This document shows, piece by piece, positions 37,781-46,990 of a stretch of DNA of 64,000 nucleotides. The notes beneath the pieces were generated by a model that was not told the origin of the DNA, ran no database searches, and saw only the letters and a list, made by a program, of their open reading frames with translations. A program made the translations under genes and the position numbers. Location: assembly GCA_963796285.1 (NCBI GenBank), contig CAWCKW010000003.1, forward strand, positions 192,001 to 256,000, read 5' to 3'. Position 1 is the first letter of the stretch. Each line of letters begins with the position of its first letter. The DNA comes from Nitrospirota bacterium. GTDB taxonomy: Bacteria; Nitrospirota; UBA9217.

Positions 37781-38563
37781 CTACCCCAGGTCTCCCGCCG
37801 CGAAGGTGATCTCATCGCGGAACGCCTTGATCAGATAGACCACCTTCATGAGCTCACCATCGTTCATATCCACCATGGCCGCGCTCAACCCCGCTCCCGC
37901 AAGGTAGGAGAGGTAAGCAGAGGCCACGGTGGATCTCACGTTCTTCGGCAGGCCCGTTGTCACGTTCGAGATCCAGACCACCGTATTGAGAGGCGGGTCG
38001 ACCATTTCGTTCAGGACCACGATACTCTCGTGCGTGTTGAGCAGATGCTCTTGACCATTGCCCCTGGCGATGTGCACCACCGACGGATCGGCGAAGATCC
38101 GCTCGTTCGGGATGTCGGCCGCATTTGCCTTCTCGATCAGGTCCTCGATGATCATGAGCTTCGCCTCGAGCGTGGCCGGCACGGTGCCCTTGAGCGCCCT
38201 GATGACAAGGTTCGATCTGGTCTCTCGGACCAGGGCAAGGAGTTCAGCGGCGTCTGTTTCGTCCGCTGAAAGATAATTGATGATCGGTGGTTCCGTGCAG
38301 AGCGATACGGTCTTCTTGAGCGCCTTCACATTCCGGGAGTCGAGGCAGAGGGGCAGGCCTGAACCCTTTTGAACGGCCTCGGACGCCATCGCAAGGAGGG
38401 CCTCGTCGTCGGCGCCGTCGCGTGACACCTGCACGTTGATCATATCCGCGCCTTTGGCCGCCAGGTCCTTTGCCATGGCAGCGATCGCCTTCGCGTCCTT
38501 CTTCTTGAGCGCATCCCCATACGCTTTGTTCCTTACATTGAGATTGTCCGCGATTACGAGCAT
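37781..38563 (-). CDS. Pterin-binding TIM-barrel protein (AcsE-like methyltetrahydrofolate:corrinoid methyltransferase homolog)
   Basis: MLVIADNLN, GADMINV, LPLCLDS, PIIN, IFADP, ISNVTTGLP and AGLSAAMVD motifs; AAGGAGG RBS. Confidence 0.75.
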   Translation of the reverse strand: MLVIADNLNVRNKAYGDALKKKDAKAIAAMAKDLAAKGADMINVQVSRDGADDEALLAMASEAVQKGSGLPLCLDSRNVKALKKTVSLCTEPPIINYLSADETDAAELLALVRETRSNLVIRALKGTVPATLEAKLMIIEDLIEKANAADIPNERIFADPSVVHIARGNGQEHLLNTHESIVVLNEMVDPPLNTVVWISNVTTGLPKNVRSTVASAYLSYLAGAGLSAAMVDMNDGELMKVVYLIKAFRDEITFAAGDLG

Positions 38564-38652
38564 GTGTTCCTCCTTGGCATTATGGTGTCAGTCGTAAATT
38601 CTCAGTGGTTTGATTAATGGTGATGATTTCAATAAACCGATTGTACCGCAGC

Positions 38653-38745
38653 ATCACGGAGGGCACGGAGGCGAAAAAAATTAGGCGTATTATACGTTCT
38701 TAAGAGAGTCCCGCCAGAGACTCTGTGTCACCGTGCCTCCATGGC
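38653..38745. repeat. Degenerate CACGGAG-type palindrome
   Basis: CACGGAGGGCACGGAG ... CTCTGTGTCACCGTGCCTCCATGG. Confidence 0.5.
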
Positions 38746-38933
38746 TGAAATTGACTGTTTCGAATGCTTCTTTTTTAGTATAGCATAAATTCCTACAACT
38801 CACGCCAACGAAGAAGGATGCATATTATTTGCTCGGAGTTCAAATGTTCGTTGCCGCGGCCAGGACCTTTTTATACATGGATAAAAGAGTGCACCGGAAA
38901 TCCCGAAAAGCAAATGAGCGGCTCACTCAAAAC

Positions 38934-38961
38934 TTGACAAAATCCTGATGTCGATTATAGT
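38934..38961 (+). promoter_or_regulatory. sigma70 promoter, probably giving a leaderless transcript
   Basis: TTGACA-N16-TATAGT ending 6 nt before ATG 38968; no SD sequence. Confidence 0.6.
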
Positions 38962-38967
38962 TATCGT

Positions 38968-39822
38968 ATGCAAAGAGAGAAATTAAGCCTTCACCATAAA
39001 GACCTCCTCTATCCAAGGCTCCGTACGATCGCGGTCCCCCTCTCCGAATACACCTTTGCCAACCTGTATCTGTTCCGCGGAATACATGATTATGAGGTGA
39101 TCATCGACAAGGAGATCTTTGTCAAGGGAACGACCTATGACGGCCATTCCTATCTTATGCCGACCACGGATGTTCGTTCGCTCGAGAGCGGCTATCTCAA
39201 GGACATGATGCGCGGTGTCGATTTTCTCTTCCCCGTGCCCGAGGAGTGGCTGTCCCGTTTTAGTACTGACGAGTTCGAGATCACCTTTGCTGAAGGTGAC
39301 GCGGACTATATGTATACCGTGGAAAAAATGAGCACCCTGACAGGAAGGCACCTGCACAAAAAGAGAAATCTGCTGAAACAGTTCCTGGAGAGGTACAGGC
39401 ACGAGGCCCTGCCCCTGACCAACGACCGGCTGGACCAGGCGCGGACCATCCTGGCGGACTGGCTTGCAACCACGGAGATGCAGGCCGATGACACCGACTT
39501 CGGTCCCTGCCTGGAGGCCCTCGACCGGTACGAGGAGCTCGTCCTCTGCGGCGGGATCTATTACGCCGACGACGAGCCCGCGGGATTCGTGCTCGGTGAA
39601 GAACTGAACGAAGCGACCTTTGTGCTGCACTTTGCCAAGGCCAGGACGAAATTCAAAGGTGTCTACCAGTACATGTTCAACAACTTCGCGAAGATCCTGC
39701 CGCCAAAGTACAAATACCTGAACCTCGAGCAGGACCTTGACAAGGAAAATTTGCGGGTCTTTAAATCATCCTATATCCCCGATGTGATGCTCAAAAAGGC
39801 CCGGGTGAGGTTGAGGGCCTGA
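38968..39822 (+). CDS. DUF2156 / GNAT-like aminoacyl-transferase-domain protein
   Basis: SEYTFANLYLF, DYMY....M.TL.GR.LHKKRN, HFAKA...KGVYQ and YLNLEQDL...LR.FK.SY.P motifs. Confidence 0.85.
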   Translation: MQREKLSLHHKDLLYPRLRTIAVPLSEYTFANLYLFRGIHDYEVIIDKEIFVKGTTYDGHSYLMPTTDVRSLESGYLKDMMRGVDFLFPVPEEWLSRFSTDEFEITFAEGDADYMYTVEKMSTLTGRHLHKKRNLLKQFLERYRHEALPLTNDRLDQARTILADWLATTEMQADDTDFGPCLEALDRYEELVLCGGIYYADDEPAGFVLGEELNEATFVLHFAKARTKFKGVYQYMFNNFAKILPPKYKYLNLEQDLDKENLRVFKSSYIPDVMLKKARVRLRA

Positions 39823-40108
39823 AGAAGTAAACAACGCAACGTGACAGAGGGCTCGCGTCTGCGACTTAAGAGCTACGGATCCATTGCATGAATGAGCCTG
39901 AAACTAAGAACTAAGAAAAAACTAATAACTAAAAACTGCTTTTCTATGTCTCCCTGTGCATGAGCCTGGGGAAAATCACCACCTACTATTGCAATTTCAC
40001 CAGATAGAAATCATTGGCTACTCGTTGTTGGAAAGAAGAAGCGATGGTTGCAAGATTTAATCGGTGAGAAATTAGCAAGTTAGGTTTTATGCAGCGATGA
40101 TATGATAG

Positions 40109-40124
40109 TGGTATAGTTATTGCA
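40109..40124 (+). promoter_or_regulatory. sigma54 (-24/-12) promoter
   Basis: TGGTAT-AGTTA-TTGCA; candidate enhancer TGGGGAAAATCACCA at 39967-39981. Confidence 0.65.
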
Positions 40125-40192
40125 ACATATTGTTAAAGTTGCTCTGTACTCAGTACTCATCCATAACGCGGAAACGCCGGGAGCCCTGGTTA

Positions 40193-40975
40193 ATGAAAAG
40201 AATCTTGATCGTTGATGATGAAAATTTGATCCGGTACTCCCTTTCCGCTTCGCTCAAGCAGGACGATACCTATGTCAAGGCTGTTGCATGCGGTAAAGAC
40301 GCGATCGACGAGATAGACCATATCTTTTACAATCTGTGTTTTCTCGACGTTAACCTCCCTGACATAAATGGCCTGGAGATCATGAAGTACATCAAAAAAT
40401 CTTCGCCGGCCACAAAGATCATTATTATGACGGGGGGCGTGGTTGATGAGCCGGAAATGCTGCAATCCATTCAGGCGAATGCGAACCTGCTCCTTCCCAA
40501 ACCCTTTGATCTGGACCGCATCAAGCTGTTCGTGGATCGAATCCTCGGTCGGGGAATGTCCATACGCCGGTCGGAAGAGCAGTCCTACAGCGGACGCGAA
40601 CACGAACCATTCGAAAACTGGCTAAGGGAAGACAAGAGACAGTACGAGAGAAAGGCAGTCGAACAATGTACCACCTGTTCCGTGATCGTCGCAGAGAGAG
40701 AACAGGAAAATAAGAAGATAACCGCCAGCGTGCTCGATGTCAGCGACGCCGGGATGCGCATCCGTACTGATTTCGGGCTCAAGCCCGGACACCTCCTCAA
40801 GCTCAACAATAGCCCTGCCTTGTCTACAGCGGTTGTGCGTTGGAGCAAGAGCGCGAAAGACGAAAACGCCTACCACGCAGGGATCCAGTTCGTCATGCCG
40901 GAGAATCCATCCAACAGCTCCTTTTTACAGGTGCACGACAGCTCCCCTTTACAGAAGCAGGCTGAGGGAGACTAG
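40193..40975 (+). CDS. Response regulator with C-terminal PilZ domain
   Basis: ILIVDDE, FLDVNLPD and PKPF receiver motifs; RQYER and DVSDAG PilZ motifs, VVRW and AGIQF. Confidence 0.85.
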   Translation: MKRILIVDDENLIRYSLSASLKQDDTYVKAVACGKDAIDEIDHIFYNLCFLDVNLPDINGLEIMKYIKKSSPATKIIIMTGGVVDEPEMLQSIQANANLLLPKPFDLDRIKLFVDRILGRGMSIRRSEEQSYSGREHEPFENWLREDKRQYERKAVEQCTTCSVIVAEREQENKKITASVLDVSDAGMRIRTDFGLKPGHLLKLNNSPALSTAVVRWSKSAKDENAYHAGIQFVMPENPSNSSFLQVHDSSPLQKQAEGD

Positions 40976-41074
40976 TTGTAACCGTTCATAATCAACAAAA
41001 CGGGTAAAAACGCATTGCGCAATTACAACCCTGCTGTTATGTTTTTTCTTCCCATCCTGAGTAACCACGATATG

Positions 41075-42463
41075 CTACTCTAATCCGTATTTCTTCACCT
41101 GATATCGCAGGGTATCATAGCTGACCTGCAGGAGCTTGGCCGCCTGTGCCTTATTATTTTTCGTCCGCTCAAGCGCCTGCATGATCAGCCCCTTTTCCAC
41201 TTCATCGAGCGATATGCCGGTTTCGGGGAGCGCGAACTTCGCGACCAATGGTTGGCTGACGATGCCTGATTGACCGGTCAACCAGTTCGGCAGATGCTTC
41301 GGGAGGATCTCCTCCGCGCTTTCCAGCACCACAAGCCTTTCCACAAGGTTCCGCAGCTCCCGGACATTTCCCGGCCATGCGTAGGATTCCATGAGTTTTT
41401 CCGATTCCGGCGAGAAGCGTTTTATCGATTTCTTATTATACCGCTGGGCGATGTGCGAGAGAAAATAGCCGGCCACGAGCGGAATGTCCTCTTTCCGTTC
41501 CCTGAGCGGGGGCACATGCAGATAGAAGATGCTCAAGCGGTAGAACAGGTCCATTCTGAATTCGCCTTTTTCCACCGCTTCCGCGAGATTTCTGTTCGTC
41601 GTTGCTATGACCGTCACATCGACGGGGATCTCCTCACTCCCGCCGATCGGTCGTACGGTCCGCTCCTCCAGCACCCGCAGGAGCTTGCCCTGAAGGTTCT
41701 GCTTCATATCGCCGATCTCATCGAGAAGGATCGACCCGCCCTGCGCCATTTCAAACAAGCCCTTCTTGGCCGACCGGGCATCGGTAAACGAGCCCTTTTC
41801 GTATCCGAAGAGCTCGCTCTCAAGGAGGGTCTCGGGCAGGGCCACGCAGTTCAACTTGATGAACGGGGAAAACCCCGACCGACCCTCATCACGGATCAAC
41901 CGGTGGGCATACCGCGCGAACAGTTCCTTCCCGGTCCCGCTCTCCCCGGTGATGAGGAGCGTGGAGACCGAGGCCTCGGCCATCATCTCTATTTTTGACT
42001 TTAATTCCCGCACTGCCGCCGACCCGCCGATGATCTCCTTCTCAAAGACCTCTGACTGCACCTTTCTGAGATAATCGACCTCCTGTTTCAATTGTCCTTT
42101 TTCAATGATGTTGTGGAGAACGATCTTGACCTCATCGACATTGAACGGCTTCGTGAGATAATCCGCGGCGCCAAGCTTCATCGCCTTCACCGCGGTCTCC
42201 GCCGTGTCGTCAGCCGTCAGCATGACGACCTGGAGCGGGAGCTCCTCCTTGACGATCTCTTTCAGGACATCGATGCCGTTCCGGTCGGCGATCCGGATAT
42301 CGAGGAGAACGACGGCGGGGGACCACGCTTTGATCTTGCTCACGATATCGTCCGCATCGGTCGCTGTTCGGACGTCGTATCCACCGTTCTTCAGCACCCG
42401 CGAGAGCATGGAAATAATGAGCTCATCGTCATCAACGAGAAAGATCTTCTCTTTGTTTTTCAT
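41075..42463 (-). CDS. sigma54-dependent NtrC/AtoC-family response regulator
   Basis: Receiver domain; GESGTGKE, ESELFGYEKGSFTDA, LLDEIG, FRMDLFYRL, WPGNVREL; Fis-type HTH. Confidence 0.95.
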   Translation of the reverse strand: MKNKEKIFLVDDDELIISMLSRVLKNGGYDVRTATDADDIVSKIKAWSPAVVLLDIRIADRNGIDVLKEIVKEELPLQVVMLTADDTAETAVKAMKLGAADYLTKPFNVDEVKIVLHNIIEKGQLKQEVDYLRKVQSEVFEKEIIGGSAAVRELKSKIEMMAEASVSTLLITGESGTGKELFARYAHRLIRDEGRSGFSPFIKLNCVALPETLLESELFGYEKGSFTDARSAKKGLFEMAQGGSILLDEIGDMKQNLQGKLLRVLEERTVRPIGGSEEIPVDVTVIATTNRNLAEAVEKGEFRMDLFYRLSIFYLHVPPLRERKEDIPLVAGYFLSHIAQRYNKKSIKRFSPESEKLMESYAWPGNVRELRNLVERLVVLESAEEILPKHLPNWLTGQSGIVSQPLVAKFALPETGISLDEVEKGLIMQALERTKNNKAQAAKLLQVSYDTLRYQVKKYGLE

Positions 42464-44298
42464 ACCGTGTGTACCCTTTCCGGATGTGTCGCCGTGAGGC
42501 TGATTTTAAAGGTGGCGCCTCCGCTTGCGTTCTTTTCGATGCTGATCCTCCCCCCATGGTCCTCGATCAGCCGTTTCGAGATCGCCAGCCCCAATCCGGT
42601 CCCTTTTGATTTCGTCGTGAAAAATGGATGGAAGATCTTGTCCATCATTGCAGCGCTTATTCCCTTGCCCGTATCGGATATTTCCACGCGAATGACCTCG
42701 GCTGTTGCATCGAACAGGGTTTTCATGGTCAGGGTGCCGCCGTCCTGCATGGCGTCAACGGCATTCAGGATCAGGTTCATGAATACCTGCTTCAGCTGCA
42801 TGGGGTCGGCCGTGATCATCGGAAGCCGGCTGTCGAAATCCTTCACAACAGAGATCGTCCGCGAAGACCCCGGCGTGCGGGACTGGTTTTGCAACACCAG
42901 GCCTGATACGCCGGAAAGGACCTCGTTCACATCCGTTTCAACGAATCGGGGCCGGGGCGGGCGGGCAAAACTGAGGAGGCCCTGTATGAGCGATTCTATC
43001 CGCCTGATCTCGTCGATCACTTTTACGAGTACGCCCCGGTCCTCTTCCGGCATGTACGGCTCATTGGAGAGGACCTCGATCGAAACCTTGATGCCGGCAA
43101 GGGGGTTCTTGATCTCGTGCGCGAGACCGGCTGCCAGCTCTCCCACCATCTTGAGCTGTTCGGCCCGCTGCATTTTTTCCTCCGCCTCTTTCCGCGCGGT
43201 GAGGTCGCGATCGATCGCGAGAATATATTTATGGCCCCCGAGTTGGAGCAGGGTGGCGCTGATCTCGATCGGGAACAGCGTGCCGTCTTTTTTTCGATGT
43301 TCGGTCTCTACCTCGAGCACTTCCCCGTTGAGTATGTGCTTGATCCTCTCCGGCGCGCCCGCGGCGAACTCAGGCGTGTCGAGGCTTGCTATGTGCATCC
43401 CCAGGAGTTCCCCGACCGTATAATCGTGCATCGCCGCCGCGGCCGGATTTGCCGCAACGATCCTGCCTGCCTGCGCTCCTTCGGCATCCAGGATAAAGAT
43501 GGAATCCGTCGCGGTTTCAAACAGCAGCCGATAACGCGTTTCGCTTTCCTCGATTTTCTGCAGCTGCTCCCTGAGCGAGCCCGCCATCGCATTAAAGCCG
43601 ACCGCAAGTTCTCCGAATTCGTCCCGGAGCTCTTCGATCCGGAAGCCCAGGTCGCCTGCCTTCAATTTTCTCGTTGCATCGAGGAGGACATGGATCGGCC
43701 CCGTAACGCCCCTGATCACCGTAATGGCCAGTACCGCGATCAGCACGGGACCGGCGGCAACGAGCAGGATCAGGAAGATCCTCGTCTGATGCACTTCCCG
43801 CAGGGCGTTTTCAGTCCGATTGTTGAGCCTCCGGGTGGTCATGACGATCATGGTGTTGATTCTGCTGATAAGTGCATCACTGATGAGGCCGGCGTCTTCC
43901 TGTTCCGCCCGAAACCGGAGGGACTTCGCCTTCAGGGTCAATACGTTGCTTACTGCATGGCCATAGTGGTCGATCTGCTTTTGCAGATCACGAAGTTCCT
44001 CCATCACGTTCTCGCTATGGTGACAATTAAAACAGGTGTTGATGGAATCCCCCATATCGCGTACGTGCCTGGCGACCGCGTCGACACTCTCCGCGTTCTG
44101 TACGCCTTGCGAATACAGGTCCGCCTGTACCTCACGAATATTCAGCAAGAGGCGCTCTCTCAGTAGCTCAACCTGATGGGACGTGATTATTTTTTCGAAC
44201 CGCGATGCGTTGGCATCGATCACGCTGATGAGGTAGACCCCTCCGAGGAGAAAGAGCAGGGACACGACACCGAGGACTATGATGATCTTTTTTTTCAT
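42460..44298 (-). CDS. Sensor histidine kinase with periplasmic CxxCH, HAMP, PAS, HisKA and HATPase domains
   Basis: Two TM helices flank CFNCH; HAMP (DEFGELA..FN.M), PAS (FPIEIS), AHEIKNPL, N/G1/F/G2 boxes. Overlaps the regulator by ATGA. Confidence 0.93.
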   Translation of the reverse strand: MKKKIIIVLGVVSLLFLLGGVYLISVIDANASRFEKIITSHQVELLRERLLLNIREVQADLYSQGVQNAESVDAVARHVRDMGDSINTCFNCHHSENVMEELRDLQKQIDHYGHAVSNVLTLKAKSLRFRAEQEDAGLISDALISRINTMIVMTTRRLNNRTENALREVHQTRIFLILLVAAGPVLIAVLAITVIRGVTGPIHVLLDATRKLKAGDLGFRIEELRDEFGELAVGFNAMAGSLREQLQKIEESETRYRLLFETATDSIFILDAEGAQAGRIVAANPAAAAMHDYTVGELLGMHIASLDTPEFAAGAPERIKHILNGEVLEVETEHRKKDGTLFPIEISATLLQLGGHKYILAIDRDLTARKEAEEKMQRAEQLKMVGELAAGLAHEIKNPLAGIKVSIEVLSNEPYMPEEDRGVLVKVIDEIRRIESLIQGLLSFARPPRPRFVETDVNEVLSGVSGLVLQNQSRTPGSSRTISVVKDFDSRLPMITADPMQLKQVFMNLILNAVDAMQDGGTLTMKTLFDATAEVIRVEISDTGKGISAAMMDKIFHPFFTTKSKGTGLGLAISKRLIEDHGGRISIEKNASGGATFKISLTATHPERVHTV

Positions 44299-45016
44299 GA
44301 TTCAAGGGGAACGGTACGGCGCCTTGCTGCGAGGAGAATACACAACCAGAACAGTACTGCTATTCTGTAGTTTTGGGCCATCCGGTTTCGTGCGGTTTGC
44401 CCACCCACTGAACAAAGGCGTTCAGATCGAAGGGCTGGTCAAATAACTCCTTTGAAGGGTTTCATCCGGGATATTCTTGATGAAATATGAAGAAAACCAC
44501 TGACATTGTAACCCAGATGGCCAGGGCTGTCAACCCAAAGTATGCCGCTGACGCCTTGAATTCCCTTGAATTCCCGTGCTTGCATGCGCTTTCCGTTTTT
44601 GTTATAATCCGCACACCTCAGCGGCAATGCATTCGCATGACCGGCGCCCGGACTGGCAGTTCTCCAGGAGACGTCGGAACGCCCTTGCCGCACCACAAGA
44701 ATGGAGCCATGACCCTGCCGAATACCGATCCCTCTGCAGGGTGCACGACGGAAAACAGGTTTGACGACTTTTTCCTGGATGAAGTATGCCGATCACTCAA
44801 CACGAGCCTGTTCAATTACCGGGTGAGAAAGCTGAGGTGGTCCCGGTCGATGATGCAAGCGGAGAAGATGCCTCCGGCGTGAGCCATTGCCCGCTCCACA
44901 CATGACCGCCTTGCCAGGTTATCATAGCTTTCAAGATCAGTATATTGTAAAACACTATCGTGCACCCCAATACGTCAAACAAGGATCCGCGTGTGAACAT
45001 GCCCGTCAACAAGGCA

Positions 45017-45706
45017 ATGAAGCTCAGCATCGTCATCCCCTGTTATAATGAAAAAAACACGATCGCGGACATCATCCGCGCGGTCCGTTCATCTCCCGTT
45101 GAACATAAGGAGATCATCGTCGTTGATGACTGCTCGACGGACGGCACGAGAGACCTCCTCGCAACCACCATTGGGCCCCTCGCTGATAAAGTGATCTATC
45201 ATGAATACAATCGGGGAAAAGGCGCCGCACTGCGCACCGGCATTGCGGCGGCAATCGGTGACATCATCATCATTCAGGATGCCGATCTCGAATATGACCC
45301 GCAGGAGTACCCCCTGCTGCTGGAGCCGATCCTCACGGGGAAGGCCGATGTGGTCTTCGGCTCGCGGTTCATGGGAAGCAGGCCGCACCGCGTCCTGTAT
45401 TACTGGCACTCCCTGGGGAACTGGGCACTCACAACACTGTCGAACATGTTGACGAACATCAACCTGACGGACATGGAGACCTGCTACAAGGCATTCAGGC
45501 GGGAGATCATTCAAAATATATCGATCGAGGAGGACCGTTTCGGGTTCGAGCCGGAGATAACGGCAAAGGTCGCGAAGATGGGCTGCCGGATCTATGAAGT
45601 GGGCATCTCCTATTATGGAAGAAACTACGCGGAAGGCAAAAAGATCGGATGGAAAGACGGGTTTCGAGCCATTTACTGCATTTTGAAATATAACCTCTTC
45701 CGGTAA
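45017..45706 (+). CDS. GT2 glycosyltransferase (polyprenol-phosphate sugar synthase, DPM1-like)
   Basis: [48 protein letters not shown] and GKKIGWKDG motifs. Confidence 0.92.
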   Translation: MKLSIVIPCYNEKNTIADIIRAVRSSPVEHKEIIVVDDCSTDGTRDLLATTIGPLADKVIYHEYNRGKGAALRTGIAAAIGDIIIIQDADLEYDPQEYPLLLEPILTGKADVVFGSRFMGSRPHRVLYYWHSLGNWALTTLSNMLTNINLTDMETCYKAFRREIIQNISIEEDRFGFEPEITAKVAKMGCRIYEVGISYYGRNYAEGKKIGWKDGFRAIYCILKYNLFR

Positions 45707-45720
45707 CCTTTCAGAAATTC

Positions 45721-46107
45721 ATGACAAAAAGGACATCAGTACAACTGATCAAATATGTGGGTGTCGGCGGAACCGCTGCGCTTGTTGAATGGACAAGTTT
45801 TGCCTTGCTGATCAGGGCCGCGCGGTTACACTACCTGGCCGCTGTGACCGTAAGTTTCATACTAGCGACTGCGGTCAATTACCTCCTCAGCTCCCTTTTT
45901 GTGTTCGTACGCGGCAGACACCCTGCTCATAAGGAACTGATCTTGCTTTACGTGGTCAGCGCGATCGGCCTGTTCCTGAATCTGCTTCTGATGTCACTAT
46001 TCGTAGGACTTTTTGCAATGCAGACAATGCCATCGAAGATAGCAGCGACCGGTATTGTTTTTTTCTGGAATTTCGGTTCGCGAAAAATGTGGGTATTTGA
46101 AAAATAG
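45721..46107 (+). CDS. GtrA family flippase-like protein
   Basis: 128 aa with 4 TM; KYVGVGG.AALV, VNY.L...FVF and WNF...K.WVF motifs. Confidence 0.88.
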   Translation: MTKRTSVQLIKYVGVGGTAALVEWTSFALLIRAARLHYLAAVTVSFILATAVNYLLSSLFVFVRGRHPAHKELILLYVVSAIGLFLNLLLMSLFVGLFAMQTMPSKIAATGIVFFWNFGSRKMWVFEK

Positions 46108-46168
46108 TATGCTGTCGTGTGTACATACCACCCCTCATTTCGCACACAAGGAATCCTGTCCGATTACT

Positions 46169-46453
46169 CTAAGCTGAACATACAAGCCCCATATGCTCCT
46201 TTCCACGCTTGCTACGGAATTCGGATATCAGCTTCACGTCTTCCATTACCGCACCGATGTCGCCGCTTATCTTGCGCAGGTTTTCGGGCGTGCCTTTCAA
46301 GTCCACCAGCGCTGCGTTCACGTTGCTCTCCGTGTTCTTCAGGAACGCGCTAACCGAATCGTTCGTCTTCTTCATGCTCATGAGGTAAACGATATTAAAC
46401 GCAACGTACGCGACGAACGCTGCGACTCCGATTCCCGGAATGACCTTGTTCAT
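46169..46453 (-). CDS. DUF948/YoxC-like small membrane-anchored coiled-coil protein, possibly truncated
   Basis: AAGGAG RBS, N-terminal TM, then heptad helix (L..T.ENLRKISGDI..V.EDVK). The C-terminus looks degenerate. Confidence 0.55.
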   Translation of the reverse strand: MNKVIPGIGVAAFVAYVAFNIVYLMSMKKTNDSVSAFLKNTESNVNAALVDLKGTPENLRKISGDIGAVMEDVKLISEFRSKRGKEHMGLVCSA

Positions 46454-46990
46454 ACAGTCTCCTTTTTGTACAAGCATGGTACACTTGGACTGCCGCAGGT
46501 TCCAGCATGTCGGGGACAGGGAAAACCAAGCAGGGCTAAATATCATCGCTAAATTAATTGGTTTAAACTGTTATTTGTTTTCAAAATGACGTGTGACTCG
46601 TCAGAACAACTTTGGTGAAATATACTGTCCCCAGGCAGGAGCTATCGGTGAAAATACCCTGTTAGAAAACATCGAGCGACCCTTGACCCCCCAAGCGGTG
46701 AATGACCTTCCTGATTAAGAAGCACCCTTTTGTGATTTGAATCACTTTATTGCTTGACCTGTCCTTTTAAAATAAGCGCCCGAATAAAATAATTTTCGCC
46801 AAATGTGCGGACAAGATATATGCGCGTAGGAATAAGATGGCTTCTAAGAGGTTCGTGAGCGTTCAGTTAGTAAATCCCGCAAGCGGTTCAATCGATTGTT
46901 AGCGACAAGATTAAGGCTCCTTTTGCTCGCTACCGGTATGAATAATGTGAATTAATATTTCTTAATTATGGATTATGGGAGATATATCGC

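Noticed and set aside
31440-38745. CRISPR array or integron attC cassettes suggested by recurring palindromes
   Set aside because: The repeats are not identical or regularly spaced, lack consistent RYYYAAC/GTTRRRY ends, and no cas or intI gene is present.
44487-44882. 131-aa ORF between the kinase and GT2 genes
   Set aside because: No RBS or recognisable motif, and it overlaps several equally weak ORFs; cannot be supported as a gene.
46931-46950. sigma54 promoter for the FN3 lipoprotein (CGGTAT-N5-ATGT)
   Set aside because: The -12 GC is replaced by GT; too weak to call.
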